Assembly: GCF_006345805.1 (NCBI RefSeq)
Contig: NC_043026.1
Span: 8,618,001 to 8,682,000 of the forward strand
Source: Octopus sinensis
Lineage: Eukaryota
Direction: 5' to 3'
Length of the DNA stretch: 64,000 nt
In this document: in pieces, positions 1 to 10,273 of the stretch
How positions within the stretch are numbered: position 1 is the stretch's first letter
Layout: each line of letters starts with the position of its first letter
Translations under genes and position numbers: made by a program
The notes under the pieces: generated by a model
Databases searched by the model: none
Told to the model about the DNA's origin: nothing
What the model saw: the letters and a program-made list of their open reading frames with translations, nothing else

Positions 1-1620
1 TATTGGTAGATGTCAGACGCCGGAGGCTAGTCGACAGTCCGACTACACTCTCCACGCCGACCAGAGAATCTACCGATTCAGCTCTTAGCCCGACATTTTT
101 TGTTGCTACATCTGGAGATGATTTTCATTCTCTTTTGGTTTCTTTTCCAGAGCTACTCGATATTACTTTTAAAATGGCAAAACACGTACACTCGACACTC
201 CATTTCATTACAACTACTGGGCCACCTGTTTTTTCGCACCCACGGCGTCTTGCACCTGACCGTCTTAAAACGGCTAGGGCTGAGTTTGAGCATATGCTCC
301 AGCTTGGTATGATACGCCCATCAATCAGTCCATGGGCATCACCCCTTCATTTTGTTCGAAAAGGGGATACAGATTTTCACCTGGTGGGAGATTATCGGCG
401 TCTAAATTCTGTGACGATTCCGGACAGATATCCAATTAGGAATCTTAATGACTTTTCAGCGAATCTCCATGGCTGTACCATTTTTTTCTAAGGTTGACCT
501 CATATGTGCTTATCATCAAATACCGGTCAACCCAGACGATGTTCCTAAAACGGCAATTACCACTCCTTTTGGTTGTTTCGAATTTCTATACATGAGTTTC
601 GGTTTGCGGAACGCCACTAGTACGTTCCGTTTTATAGATGAAGTTGTTCGTGGACTTGATTTTGTTTTCGCGTATGTCGATGATATTCTCATCGCAAGTG
701 ATACGCATGAAAATCATCTTCAGCACTTGTCTCAGCTTTTTCAGCGTCTTCGCGACTATGGTGTTCGCATTAATCCAGACAAGTGTGTTTTTGGGCAATC
801 ATCTCTTGATTTTCTTGGTCATTATATTGATTCGAGTGGAATCAAACCTCTCTCGTCTAAAGTCGATGCAATTCAGCGCATCGCACCACCTTCTTCTTTG
901 CGTCAACTTCGCCATTTTTTGGGTATAGTTAATTTCTATCGACGTTTCATAAACTGGTGTGCAGACAAGTTGTTTCCTTTAACGCAGATGCTAAAGAGCA
1001 ATTCTGAAAAAAACGCCCCTCTTACTCTTTCAGCTGAAGCACTGTCTGCCTTTGAGTTAGTTAAAAAGGAACTAGCTTCAGTTCCTGTTCTAGCACATCC
1101 GGCTCCTGATGCTCCACTTACTTTATCTGTGGACGCATCAGATTCTGCAACTGGCGCTGTCTTGCAGCACACCGTAGATGGTGAAACTAAACCATTGGCT
1201 TTCTTTTCTTGCCAGCTGCAGCCTGCTGAACGCAGATATAGTACTTTTGATCGAGAGTTACTAGCGATCTATCTGTCAGTTTGGCATTTTCAGCACCAGC
1301 TCGAGGGACGAGAATTTGTGATTTATACTGATCACAACCCCCTTATGTTTGCACTATCTTCTAAAACGGACAAACTCTGCCCTCGTGCTTTCTGTCACCT
1401 GGACTATATTTCTTAGTTTACAAGTGACATTCGACATGTGCCAGGGAAGGAGAACGTCCCAGCTGATGTTCTCTCTAGACTCGCTGTCAATTCCATTTTC
1501 TCTCCTGCAGCAATTGACTTAACTGCTATTTCGCAGGATCAACCACCTTTAGCGGAGTTGAATTTAACTTCGCCCAAGTTTATCAATTGTAAGTTTGCTT
1601 ACCGTCCGCTCCCTTCAGCA
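1..1620 (+). mobile_element. Ty3/Gypsy LTR-retrotransposon pol relic (RT + RNase H), inactivated and 3'-truncated
   Basis: ORFs 3-491 and 448-1416 give [45 protein letters not shown] (RT YxDD), LSVDAS..GAVL and [12 protein letters not shown] (RNase H). Frameshift in the T-run at ~481-488, TAG at 1414-1416 inside YIS*FTSDIRHVPGKENVPADVLSR, and no integrase before the SINE at ~1624. Confidence 0.95.
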
Positions 1621-1623
1621 GTT

Positions 1624-1868
1624 ACTGGGACGTAAACACACCAGCATCGGTTGTCAAGCGATGTTGGGGGGGACAAACACACACACACATACAAATATAT
1701 ATATACATATATACGGCAGGCTTCTTTCAGTTTCTGTCTACCAAATCCACTCACAAGGCTTCGGTCGGCCCGAGACTATAGAAGAAGACACTTGCCCAAG
1801 GTGCCACGCAGTGGGACTGAACCATGTGGTTCATAAGCAAGCTACTTACCACACAGCCACTCCTACGC
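1624..1868 (-). mobile_element. tRNA-derived SINE family A (partial)
   Basis: Reverse complement of the GGCGCAGGAGTGGCTGTGTGG...GGTTCAGTCCC head and body seen in many copies in this window. Confidence 0.85.
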
Positions 1869-2104
1869 CTATAATATATAATATTGTTTACATTTGAAAA
1901 GCTTCATAGTTAATAAAGCTTATAAAGACACTGACCAGTTGTTGTTTGTTTATATTTCGCTTCTTTTTATATTATTTTTTTCTTTCTATTTTCAAAGCAG
2001 TTTTTGTTCATCTTTTTACTTGTTTCAATCATTTGACTGCGGCCATGCTGGAGCACCACCAAGTATAAGTTCTTAGTTGAACGAAACAACCCACTTGTAT
2101 ATAT

Positions 2105-2490
2105 GAAGAAAGGCTGAAGACACTCGACCTTTATTGGCTAGAAAAACGACGACGCCGTGGTGATCTCATTCTTGCTCACAACATCATAAGCAGAAAGAGC
2201 TGCTCTTCACTCCTGCTCCAGAGCGTCGGCTGCGGGGTCACTCCGAAAAGATCTATCTGTGACGATTTCATCTCAGTCGAAGGAGAGGGGCTTTCTCCGT
2301 CCGGGTTGCGGATCCGTGGAATAAGTTGCCGGACGAGATAGTGAAGATGCCGACGACCGCTCGGTTCAAAGTCTCTCTTGACCACAAGTGGCCTGAACTC
2401 TTTACATGAACACCACCCTGAACATAACTCCATGTCCCCCTACATGGCCTTGCTTTTTGCTTTTTGAGCCAAAAAATTAACTTAACTTAT
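2105..2490 (+). mobile_element. CR1/L2-type LINE 3' end (RT C-terminus + 3'UTR)
   Basis: Translates to RLKTLDLYWLEKRRRRGDLILAH..LRGHSEKI..FSVRVADPWNKLPDEIV..FKVSLD, the typical CR1-group ORF2 C-terminus, with an internal stop. Confidence 0.8.
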
Positions 2491-2617
2491 ATTTTTTAAG
2501 TCTGGTAGTTAGTTATTCTGTCAGTATTTTTTACCAAACCCCTAAATTACACCAAGACCAGATGTCAAGTGGCGGGGTGGGGACACAGACACACTGTTAT
2601 TTAGGAAGCTGATGACA

Positions 2618-2945
2618 AGGTTCCGGGTTCAGTCCCACTGCGTGGCACCTTGGGCAATTGTCTTCTGCTATAGCCCTGGGCCGACCAATGCCTTGTGAGT
2701 GGATTTGGTAGACGGAAACTGAAAGAAGCCTATCGTATATATGTGTGTTTGTCCTCCTCGCATTGCTTGACAACCGATGCTGGTGTGTGTTTACGTCCCC
2801 GTCACTTAGCGGTTCGGCAAAAGAGACCGATAGAATAAGTACTGGGCTTACAAAGAATAAGTCCCGGGGTCGATTTGCTTGACTAAAGGCGGTGCTCCAG
2901 CATGGCCGCAGTCAAAATGACTGAAACAAGTAGTAAAAGAGTAAA
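2618..2945 (+). mobile_element. SINE family A
   Basis: B-box GGTTCAGTCCC, family A body, and 3' end GGCGGTGCTCCAGCATGGCCGCAGTCAAAATGACTGAAAC. Confidence 0.85.
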
Positions 2946-3270
2946 CCTCTAAATTACTCCGAGACCAGTTGTCAAGTGGTGGGGGTCGGGACACAGATAC
3001 ACTTTTATTTACGGGGCTGATAACAAGTGAACAAGGCATCTGGCAATAAGTTTTGCTTGAGAAGACTCATCAAACCAAGTGAATGGCTACCTGTGCTGGC
3101 GGCACATAAAAAGTGCCCATTATACATTCAGAGTGGGTGGCATTAGGAAGGGCATCAAGCTGTAGAAACCAGGCCAAATCAGACTGGAACCTGATGCAGT
3201 TCTCCGGTTTGCCTGTTCCAGTCAAGCTATCTAACCTCATGATTCTCAACGTGGGGCTATGATGAATTTT

Positions 3271-3977
3271 TATACCTTTTGTACACAATGTTTTTAGTAA
3301 GAATACTTCGTCTGCCGTTACGTTCTGAGTTCAAATTCCGCTGAGGTCGACTTTGCCTTTCATCCTTTCGGGGTCAATAAATAAAGTACCAGTTTTGCAC
3401 TGGGGTCGATGTAATCGACCTAATCCCTTTGTCTGCCCTTGTTTGTCCCCTCTGTGTTTAGCCCCTTGTGAGTAGTAAAGAAATGGGTATTTTGTCTGCC
3501 GTTACGTTCTGAGTTCAAATTCCTTTCGGGGTCGATAAATAAAGTACCAGTTTCACACTGGGGTCGATGTAATTGACTTAATCCCTTTGTCTGTCCTTGT
3601 TTGTCCCCTCTATGTTTAGCCCCTTGTGGGCAGTAAAGAAATATATACTTATAGAGAAAGGGAGCAATTTGAGAATGAATTACTAAAAAAAAAATTTTGG
3701 ACACTTTAGAGACAACAGAGTTCTCATCTGTTTATAAAAGTTTTGACACTTTAGAGACATCAGGTCATGTCTTTTCCATCAGATCATTCATAAGATTTGA
3801 TGTCTCTAAAGTGTCAAAACTTTTATAAACAGATGAAAAACTCTGTTGTTTCTAGTGTCCAAAATTGATAAAATTGTCCACAGAAGGGACGTAAAGATTT
3901 TTTTTTTAGTAATTCATTCTCAAATTGCTCCCTTTCTTTATTGGTATACTTACTAAACATTGTGTACAAAAGGTATT
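3271..3977. mobile_element. Foldback/MITE-like element with long inverted arms, interrupted by SINE family B (~3310-3643)
   Basis: ATACCTTTTGTACACAATG (3272) is inverted at 3958-3976. 3655-3700 is inverted at 3895-3940. The inner arms 3700-3770 and 3797-3862 are near-perfect inverted repeats. Confidence 0.75.
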
Positions 3978-4245
3978 TTCTTCAATTTAGTGGTATGTGA
4001 AAACATTGGTAATTACAAACGCATATGTGTGTCTGTAGTATAGAACTGGTTGGTACTGAAAGCAATGCCATCTTAATTCCCAATGGAGAAATAAAGTATT
4101 GGGTCAGCATTTGGCAGACTCTCTCCCATTCATTCTCTTCATTTGACAACCTTTCATAGTGGCATCTCCGAGTCCTCTCTTTGCAGCATCATTAATTCCA
4201 AGTGAGCCATCATCCATGCAGACAAATCTTGACGTAGCTTCTTTG

Positions 4246-5193
4246 CATTGGTTATGCATTCACTGGTCTAGTCTGTCTGCCTGGAGTTACTTTTATATAA
4301 ACAAATGACAAGAAGAACCAGGTAAATTCAAGGCAACTGTTATTTATTACAACCCCTTATAAAAATACATGGCAAATGTCTTACATATTGTGAAGTAACA
4401 GGTTTGGCAAGTTTTAACAAACTCTATCTGGAACAGTGGGAGTTGTATCACAGTTGAAATTCTGTAGCATCTTCCTGGTTTGGTTCTGTGTGCTGGGCAG
4501 CATCAGTTGTTGTGATCTGTCCGTTGCTGTAGAGGAAGTACAAGTTTACCAGGCCAGAGAGAGAGAGAGAGATGAGGAATGAAGACAGAAACAGGTGTGC
4601 CGCCACAAAGGAGATACATGGTTACCCAGCCTGAGGGAAACGCAGGAGAAGGAGATAGAGGGTGGGAGACAACACGATGGAGATAGTGGCAAAATGATGG
4701 GCGTATTCACTAGGGAGGGGATTAGAGCATAGATGAGGATGGTTGAGTAAAGGAAGAGGGAGATATAGATGGTGGCAAGGGCCAGGCCATACCCTTGGGG
4801 TTTAAACGCCATAATATCAGGGACAGGATACTGCAAAGGAAGCATGATTAGAGTGTAGAGGGTGTTGAGTTTTAACAAATTCTATCTGGAACAGTGGAAG
4901 TTGAATCACAGTTGAAATTCTGTAGCATCTTCCTGGTTTGGTTCTGTGTGCTGGGCAGCATCAGCAATGGGAATATGTCTGTTTGGTTGTTGTTGTTATC
5001 TAATCTCTCACTCCCTCCTTCTCTCTGCTCAAAAGCATGAGGGACCGTTCCTTATATAATGACAGGTGGGCGGGAAGAGACCTTTCCTGTGCTGGGATAA
5101 AAACTGTTGCTCAGACACCGGTTGGGTGGATAAGACCATTTGACCTTTGCAACAGATTTAGTCCAACCCTAATCGCATGATCAAATGCTGACA
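4246..5193 (-). mobile_element. Solo LTR (long variant), copy 1
   Basis: Homologous to 19636-20137 and 50597-51507. The family has TGT...ACA termini (left end decayed in this copy). Minus-strand TATATAA at 5058-5052 and AATAAA at 4348-4343. Confidence 0.7.
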
Positions 5194-5441
5194 ATACTGA
5201 AATACACCCATTTGATATGATTTAAAGCTGAATAGCCAGGTAGACAATATGCTAGCTATATATATATATATATATCACACTCACAGTGGTTGGCATTAGG
5301 GAGGGCATCTAGCCATAGAAACTATGCCAAATCAGAATGGTGTCTGGTGCAACCTTCCAGCCCTAATCAAACCATCCAACCCATGCTGGCACAGACAACA
5401 GATGTTAAATGGTGATGATGATGATATATACATATATATGC

Positions 5442-5645
5442 GAGCTGGCCGAAATGCTTAGCCGTATTTCGTCTGTCGTTACGTTCCGAGTTCAAATACC
5501 GCCGAGGTCGACTTTGCCTTTCATCCTTTCGGGGTCGATAAATAAAGTACCAGTTTCGCACTGGGGTCGATGTAATCGACTTAATCCCTTTGTCTGTCCT
5601 TGTTTGTCCTCTCTATGTTTAGCCCCTTGTGGGTAGTAAAGAAAT

Positions 5646-5650
<5 letters not shown>
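5442..5650 (+). mobile_element. tRNA-like SINE family B
   Basis: GAGCTGGC...GAGTTCAAAT B-box-like head and GGGGTCGATAAAT..AAGTACCAG body; repeated at ~3310, 50097 (minus) and 56641. Confidence 0.8.
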
Positions 5651-5697
<47 letters not shown>

Positions 5698-5916
5698 AAT
5701 GAGCTTCTTTCAGTTTCCATCTTCCAAATCCACTCACAAGGGTTTGGTCGGCTCAGGGTTATAAAAGAAAAGACTTGCTCAAGGTGCTATGCAGAGGGAC
5801 AGAACCCAGAACCATGTAGTTGGGAATTAAGCTTCCCACACAGCCACGCCTATTGGTTTTAACAGTTTCATAACAAAATTCATGCCAAACAAATTTAAAA
5901 TCTGGAGGAAATTGCT

Positions 5917-5952
5917 TTTATTAAAAAAAATATCCCACAGGTAAGTTACCTG
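5917..5952 (-). promoter_or_regulatory. Putative polyA signal of ZNF1 with upstream 15-nt hairpin
   Basis: Minus strand reads CAGGTAACTTACCTG (5952-5938), then 15 nt, then AATAAA (5922-5917). Conserved at 20576-20611 and 52914-52950. Confidence 0.6.
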
Positions 5953-6241
5953 AGATGTGGTGACATGAATTATAGAGTTGGGAGATTATCACACCAAGTT
6001 CTATCTTCATTCCTTTGTGAATATAATAAGACAGTTGTAGACAGTGTCCCTTATTTATTATTTTTTTTGTCATGGAGGAAGTTTGACAAATACAGCAATT
6101 TCCTGATAAATAGCTTCGTTATTGACATGGAGAACGCTCACAACGCTAACACCAATTTAGGAGTTGAAAATGCTTATTGTTCTTATGAATTGTCACATTT
6201 GATAGTCATACATCTATATGAATAGATACACATTTAGTTAA

Positions 6242-6461
6242 CTCTCTAGCATTTAAATCAGCCATACCTGGACCAAATATTCTACCTATTTTATGATCAA
6301 ACTAGTCAGAGTTGGCTTCTTACACCTACCCTACAATGTCATTGTGAAAATACACAATCATATCATCAAAATTTGAAAGCTGTGGGTTAATGCAGGACAA
6401 ATTGAAAATAATGTGAATAAATGAATATCACATTTGATAGAATAATCTGCATGATAAAGGG
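6242..6461. mobile_element. Old piggyBac-like MITE in the ZNF1 3'UTR
   Basis: Degenerate copy of the TTAA-CCCTTTAG...CTAAAGGG-TTAA family (young copies at 51673 and 58861). Same position relative to the finger array in all four ZNF cassettes. Confidence 0.7.
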
Positions 6462-6499
6462 GTCAGTAACCCCTTACAGACAATAATTCATCACAAATA

Positions 6500-7750
6500 T
6501 CAGTGGTATCGTTTCTCCCCGGTATGAACACGTTTGTGAGAAGTTAAGTTGTTACGCTGAGTGAACGACCTTCCGCAGATATCACAAGGATATGGCTTCT
6601 CTCCTGTATGGATACGTTTGTGTGTAGTCAAGTAACTACTTCTGGAGAACAATTTGCCACAGATATCACAGCGATAGGGCTTCTCACCTGTATGAAATCG
6701 CCTGTGCCTAGTTAAGTCACTGCTTTGAGAGAATGATTTGTCACAAATATCACAATGATATGGCATTTCTCCTGTATGAATAAGTTTGTGTTTACCAAAG
6801 TTACTACTATGAGAAAATGATTTACCACAGATGTTACACTGATATGGCTTCTCTCCTGTATGGATATATTTGTGTTCAGCTAAGTTACAACTCACGGTGA
6901 ATGATTTACCACAGATATCACAGTGATATGGCTTCTCTCCTGTATGGAAACGTTTGTGAGAAGCTAAGTTGCCACTTTGAGAGAATGATTTACCACAGAT
7001 ATCACAAGGATATGGTGTCTCTCCTGTATGAGTACGTTTGTGATTAGTTAGGGTACTACTGACAGAGAAAGATTTGTTACAGACATCACACTGATATGGC
7101 TTCTCTCCTGTATGAATACGTTTATGAGAAGTTAAAGCACTGTTGTCAGAAAATGATTTACCACAGATATTACAGGAATATGGTGTCTCTCCTGTGTGAA
7201 TACGTTTGTGAGAAGTTAAAGCACTACTTTGAGAGAATGATTTACTGCAGATGTTACACTGATATGGCTTCTCTCCTGTATGAACACGTTTGTGAGAATT
7301 TAAAGCACTTCGGTCAGAGAATGATGTACCACAGACATTGCAGTGAAATGGCTTCTCTCCTGTATGAATACGTTTGTGGGTAGTCAATTTACCACTTTCA
7401 GAGAATGATTTACCACAGATGTCACAGTGAAATGGCTTCTCCCCTGTATGAATACGCTTGTGTTTAGTTAAGTTACTAGTTAAAGAGAATGATTTACCAC
7501 AGACACCACAATGATACGGTTTCTCCCCTGTATGGATATGTCTGTGACTAATTAAGTAACTATTTACAGAAAATGATTTACCACAGATTTCACAGTGAAA
7601 GGGCTTCTCCCCTGTATGAATACGTTTGTGCTTATTCAAGTTACCCTTTTGCGAGAAGGACTTCTTACAAACATCACAGTCATGTGACAATTTCTGTCTC
7701 CCTTTTTCTTCAGGAAAAATCAGTTCCTTTGGATTCTCACTCTTTTCCAT
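6500..7750 (-). CDS. C2H2 zinc-finger protein ZNF1, 416 aa, 14 tandem fingers, no effector domain
   Basis: Uninterrupted ORF of CxxC-x12-HxxxH repeats with TGEKP linkers and a ~22-aa N-terminal leader. Confidence 0.97.
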   Translation of the reverse strand: MEKSENPKELIFPEEKGRQKLSHDCDVCKKSFSQKGNLNKHKRIHTGEKPFHCEICGKSFSVNSYLISHRHIHTGEKPYHCGVCGKSFSLTSNLTKHKRIHTGEKPFHCDICGKSFSESGKLTTHKRIHTGEKPFHCNVCGTSFSDRSALNSHKRVHTGEKPYQCNICSKSFSQSSALTSHKRIHTGETPYSCNICGKSFSDNSALTSHKRIHTGEKPYQCDVCNKSFSVSSTLTNHKRTHTGETPYPCDICGKSFSQSGNLASHKRFHTGEKPYHCDICGKSFTVSCNLAEHKYIHTGEKPYQCNICGKSFSHSSNFGKHKLIHTGEMPYHCDICDKSFSQSSDLTRHRRFHTGEKPYRCDICGKLFSRSSYLTTHKRIHTGEKPYPCDICGRSFTQRNNLTSHKRVHTGEKRYH

Positions 7751-8130
7751 TATTTTTCTTCTAAAATCACAATATATATTTTTCTTCTACTTTTTGCTTC
7801 TATAGTCTTTTGTTTCCAAATATTTCAACTGCTGTATTTCTGTCCAGTGTTACCTTTGTCCCAAAACTCGTTAGTAAATTTATCCAAGTTTAATTTGCTA
7901 AGAGACTCATCTTGTAGACACTCCAGCCAGTGATGTCCAGAAGGTTTGCTAATAACACATTTCAGAGTAAATATATCAGAGGAATTCCACCACAGATTTA
8001 TAGAAACAATCTTATATATCTGTTCTGTACAATATTTTCAATTTGGTCTTTAAAAGATGATAAATAATGAGAATGTATCTTCAGTTATGCCAATGTCATC
8101 TGATATTCTGAAATAATAAAGAAACAACAG
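7751..8130 (-). other. 5'UTR part of the ZNF1 terminal exon plus 3' splice acceptor
   Basis: Minus strand TGTTGTTTCTTTATTATTTCAG|AATATC, exon start at 8107. Nearly identical blocks precede ZNF2 (24510), ZNF3 (55759) and ZNF4 (60923). Confidence 0.75.
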
Positions 8131-8178
8131 TGTAAGATATAGAGGCTACTTAAAAAAATACAGATTCAACATTTCCAT

Positions 8179-8735
8179 GCAATAACAGAAGAATTTAAGA
8201 CAGACTGCCCCTGGGAGCTCCTCTATGCTGATGACCTTGTTTTTATAGCTGAATCACTACCAGAAATAGAGAAATTTCAGGTGTAGAAGCAAGGTCTAGA
8301 ATTGAAGGGCCTTAGAGTTAAGCTAGTAAAAACCAAAATCTTAATAAATAGGAAAGCAGACAAATCATAAATCTCTTCATATAGATGGCCCCTACTTGAT
8401 CTGTAGAAAAGGCACAGGTAGAAATTCCCTAAGATTTACTCAGTGTAAGCTGTGGACACATAAGAGGTGCAGCAATATCAGAGGAAGGTTAACAGGGAAA
8501 TAGTTTTCACGTGTGAAATGTGCCCAGTTACAATTAACACTCTGTATATATATATATATATAGGAGTGGCTGTGTGGTAAGTAGCTTGCTTACCAACCAC
8601 ATGGTTCTGGGTTCAGTCCCACTGCGTGGCATCTTGGGCAAGTGTCTTCTACTATAGCCTCAGGCCGACCAAAGCCTTGTGAGTGGATTTGGTAGACGGA
8701 AACTGAAAGAAGCCCGTCGTATATATGTATGTATG

Positions 8736-8794
<59 letters not shown>

Positions 8795-9190
8795 TGTGTG
8801 TATGTGTGTCTGTGTTTGTCCCCCTAGCATTTCTTGACAACCGATGCTGGTGTATTTACATCTCCGTCACTTAGCGGTTCGGCAAAAGAGACCGATAGAA
8901 TAAGAAGTACTGGGCTTAAAAAAGAGTAAGTCTCGGAGTCTAGTTGCTCGACTAAAGGTGGTGCTCCAGCATGGCCGCAGTCAAATGACTGAAACAAGTA
9001 AAAGAGTATACAGAAAAATAGACTCCATCAAATGCTTGGGGGGAGGGGAAACTAGAAGTAGTTGATAACTTCCATTACCTAGGTGACCAAGTCAGTAGTG
9101 TGATGGATGCTCCAAGAGCATAGTGGCTAGGATAAGAATAAGTTGGGGAAAGTTCAGACAGCACCTGCCTCAGTCTCACCTGTATTGATA
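8179..9190 (+). mobile_element. RTE-like LINE reverse transcriptase fragment split by a SINE
   Basis: AITEEFKTDCPWELLYADDLVFIAES (YADD) from 8179. LEVVDNFHYLGDQVSS resumes after the SINE. Contains stops and frameshifts. Confidence 0.8.
8562..9010 (+). mobile_element. SINE family A, near full length
   Basis: A/B-box head, internal (TA)n and conserved 3' end. Confidence 0.9.
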
Positions 9191-9218
9191 TTTTTCAAGT
9201 TTTCTCCATCTGCTTTAA

Positions 9219-9436
9219 CCCTTTAGTGTTTAAACTGGCCAAATCCGGCCCAAATATTCTACATGTTTTATATTCAAACTGGCGATGTCTAGCCTCTCAC
9301 ACCTAACCTACAATGCCATTCTAAAAATAAGTAATCACATCATTGAAACCTCAAAGCTGTAAGATGATCCAGGATTAATTCAAAACAATTTGAGTGAAAA
9401 AGTATTACATTTAACAGAGTATTCTGAACACTAGGG
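9219..9436. mobile_element. piggyBac-like MITE
   Basis: TTAA|CCCTTTAG start, body homologous to 58861-59070, right end degenerate. Confidence 0.7.
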
Positions 9437-9640
9437 ACTTCTTACAAATCTCTCATGATTTTAAATATTTTTTGGAATTTTCAGGAAATTTTTTTTTGCA
9501 GACTTGTGTTTTACACACAGAAATTCACAAAACTGAAAAAAATTTCTTCTAATTTTCTGAAACTTTTTTTTTGAGGAATTTAAAAAAATTTTTCAAATTT
9601 CTCATAACAGCTAAATAGTCCTTAAATCACTCTTTTTTTT

Positions 9641-10025
9641 TACTCTTTTCTTTTATACTTGTTTCAGTCATTTGACTGCGGCCATGCTGGAGCACCGCCT
9701 TTATTCGAGCAACTCGACCCCGGGACTTATTCTTTTGTAAGCCCAGTACTTATTCTATCAGTCTCTTTTGCCGAACCGCTAAGTAACAGGGACGTAAACA
9801 CACCAGCATCGGTTGTCAAGTGATGCTAGGGGGACAAACACAAACACGCATATATATATATACGACGGGCTTCTTTCAGTTTCCGTCTACCAAATCCACT
9901 CAAAAGGCTTTGGTCGGCCTGAGGCTATAGTAGAAGACACTTGTCCAAGGTGCCGCGCAGTGGGACTGAACCCGGAACCATGTGGTTGGTAAACAAGCTA
10001 CTTAGCACACAGCCACTCCTGCGCC
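9641..10025 (-). mobile_element. SINE family A, full length, inverted relative to 8562-9010
   Basis: Reverse complement of family A ending ...CTCCTGCGCC. Confidence 0.9.
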
Positions 10026-10273
10026 TATAATTTTTAAATATATTTGTGCCAAATGTTGAAGAGATATTTTGTGCAATTCAGGTGGAGCAAGGTATTTTTA
10101 TTCAGAAACCCCATCTTTTGGGGGCCTCTTGCTGATATAGTTTGATATGCATGCATGTACTGGTGGCACGTGAAAAAAGATTGGAACGAGGTTGTTGCCA
10201 GTACCGCCTGACTGGCCCTCGTGCCGGTGGGACGCAAATGCAGCCACTACACTCTCAGAGTGGTTGGTGTTAA

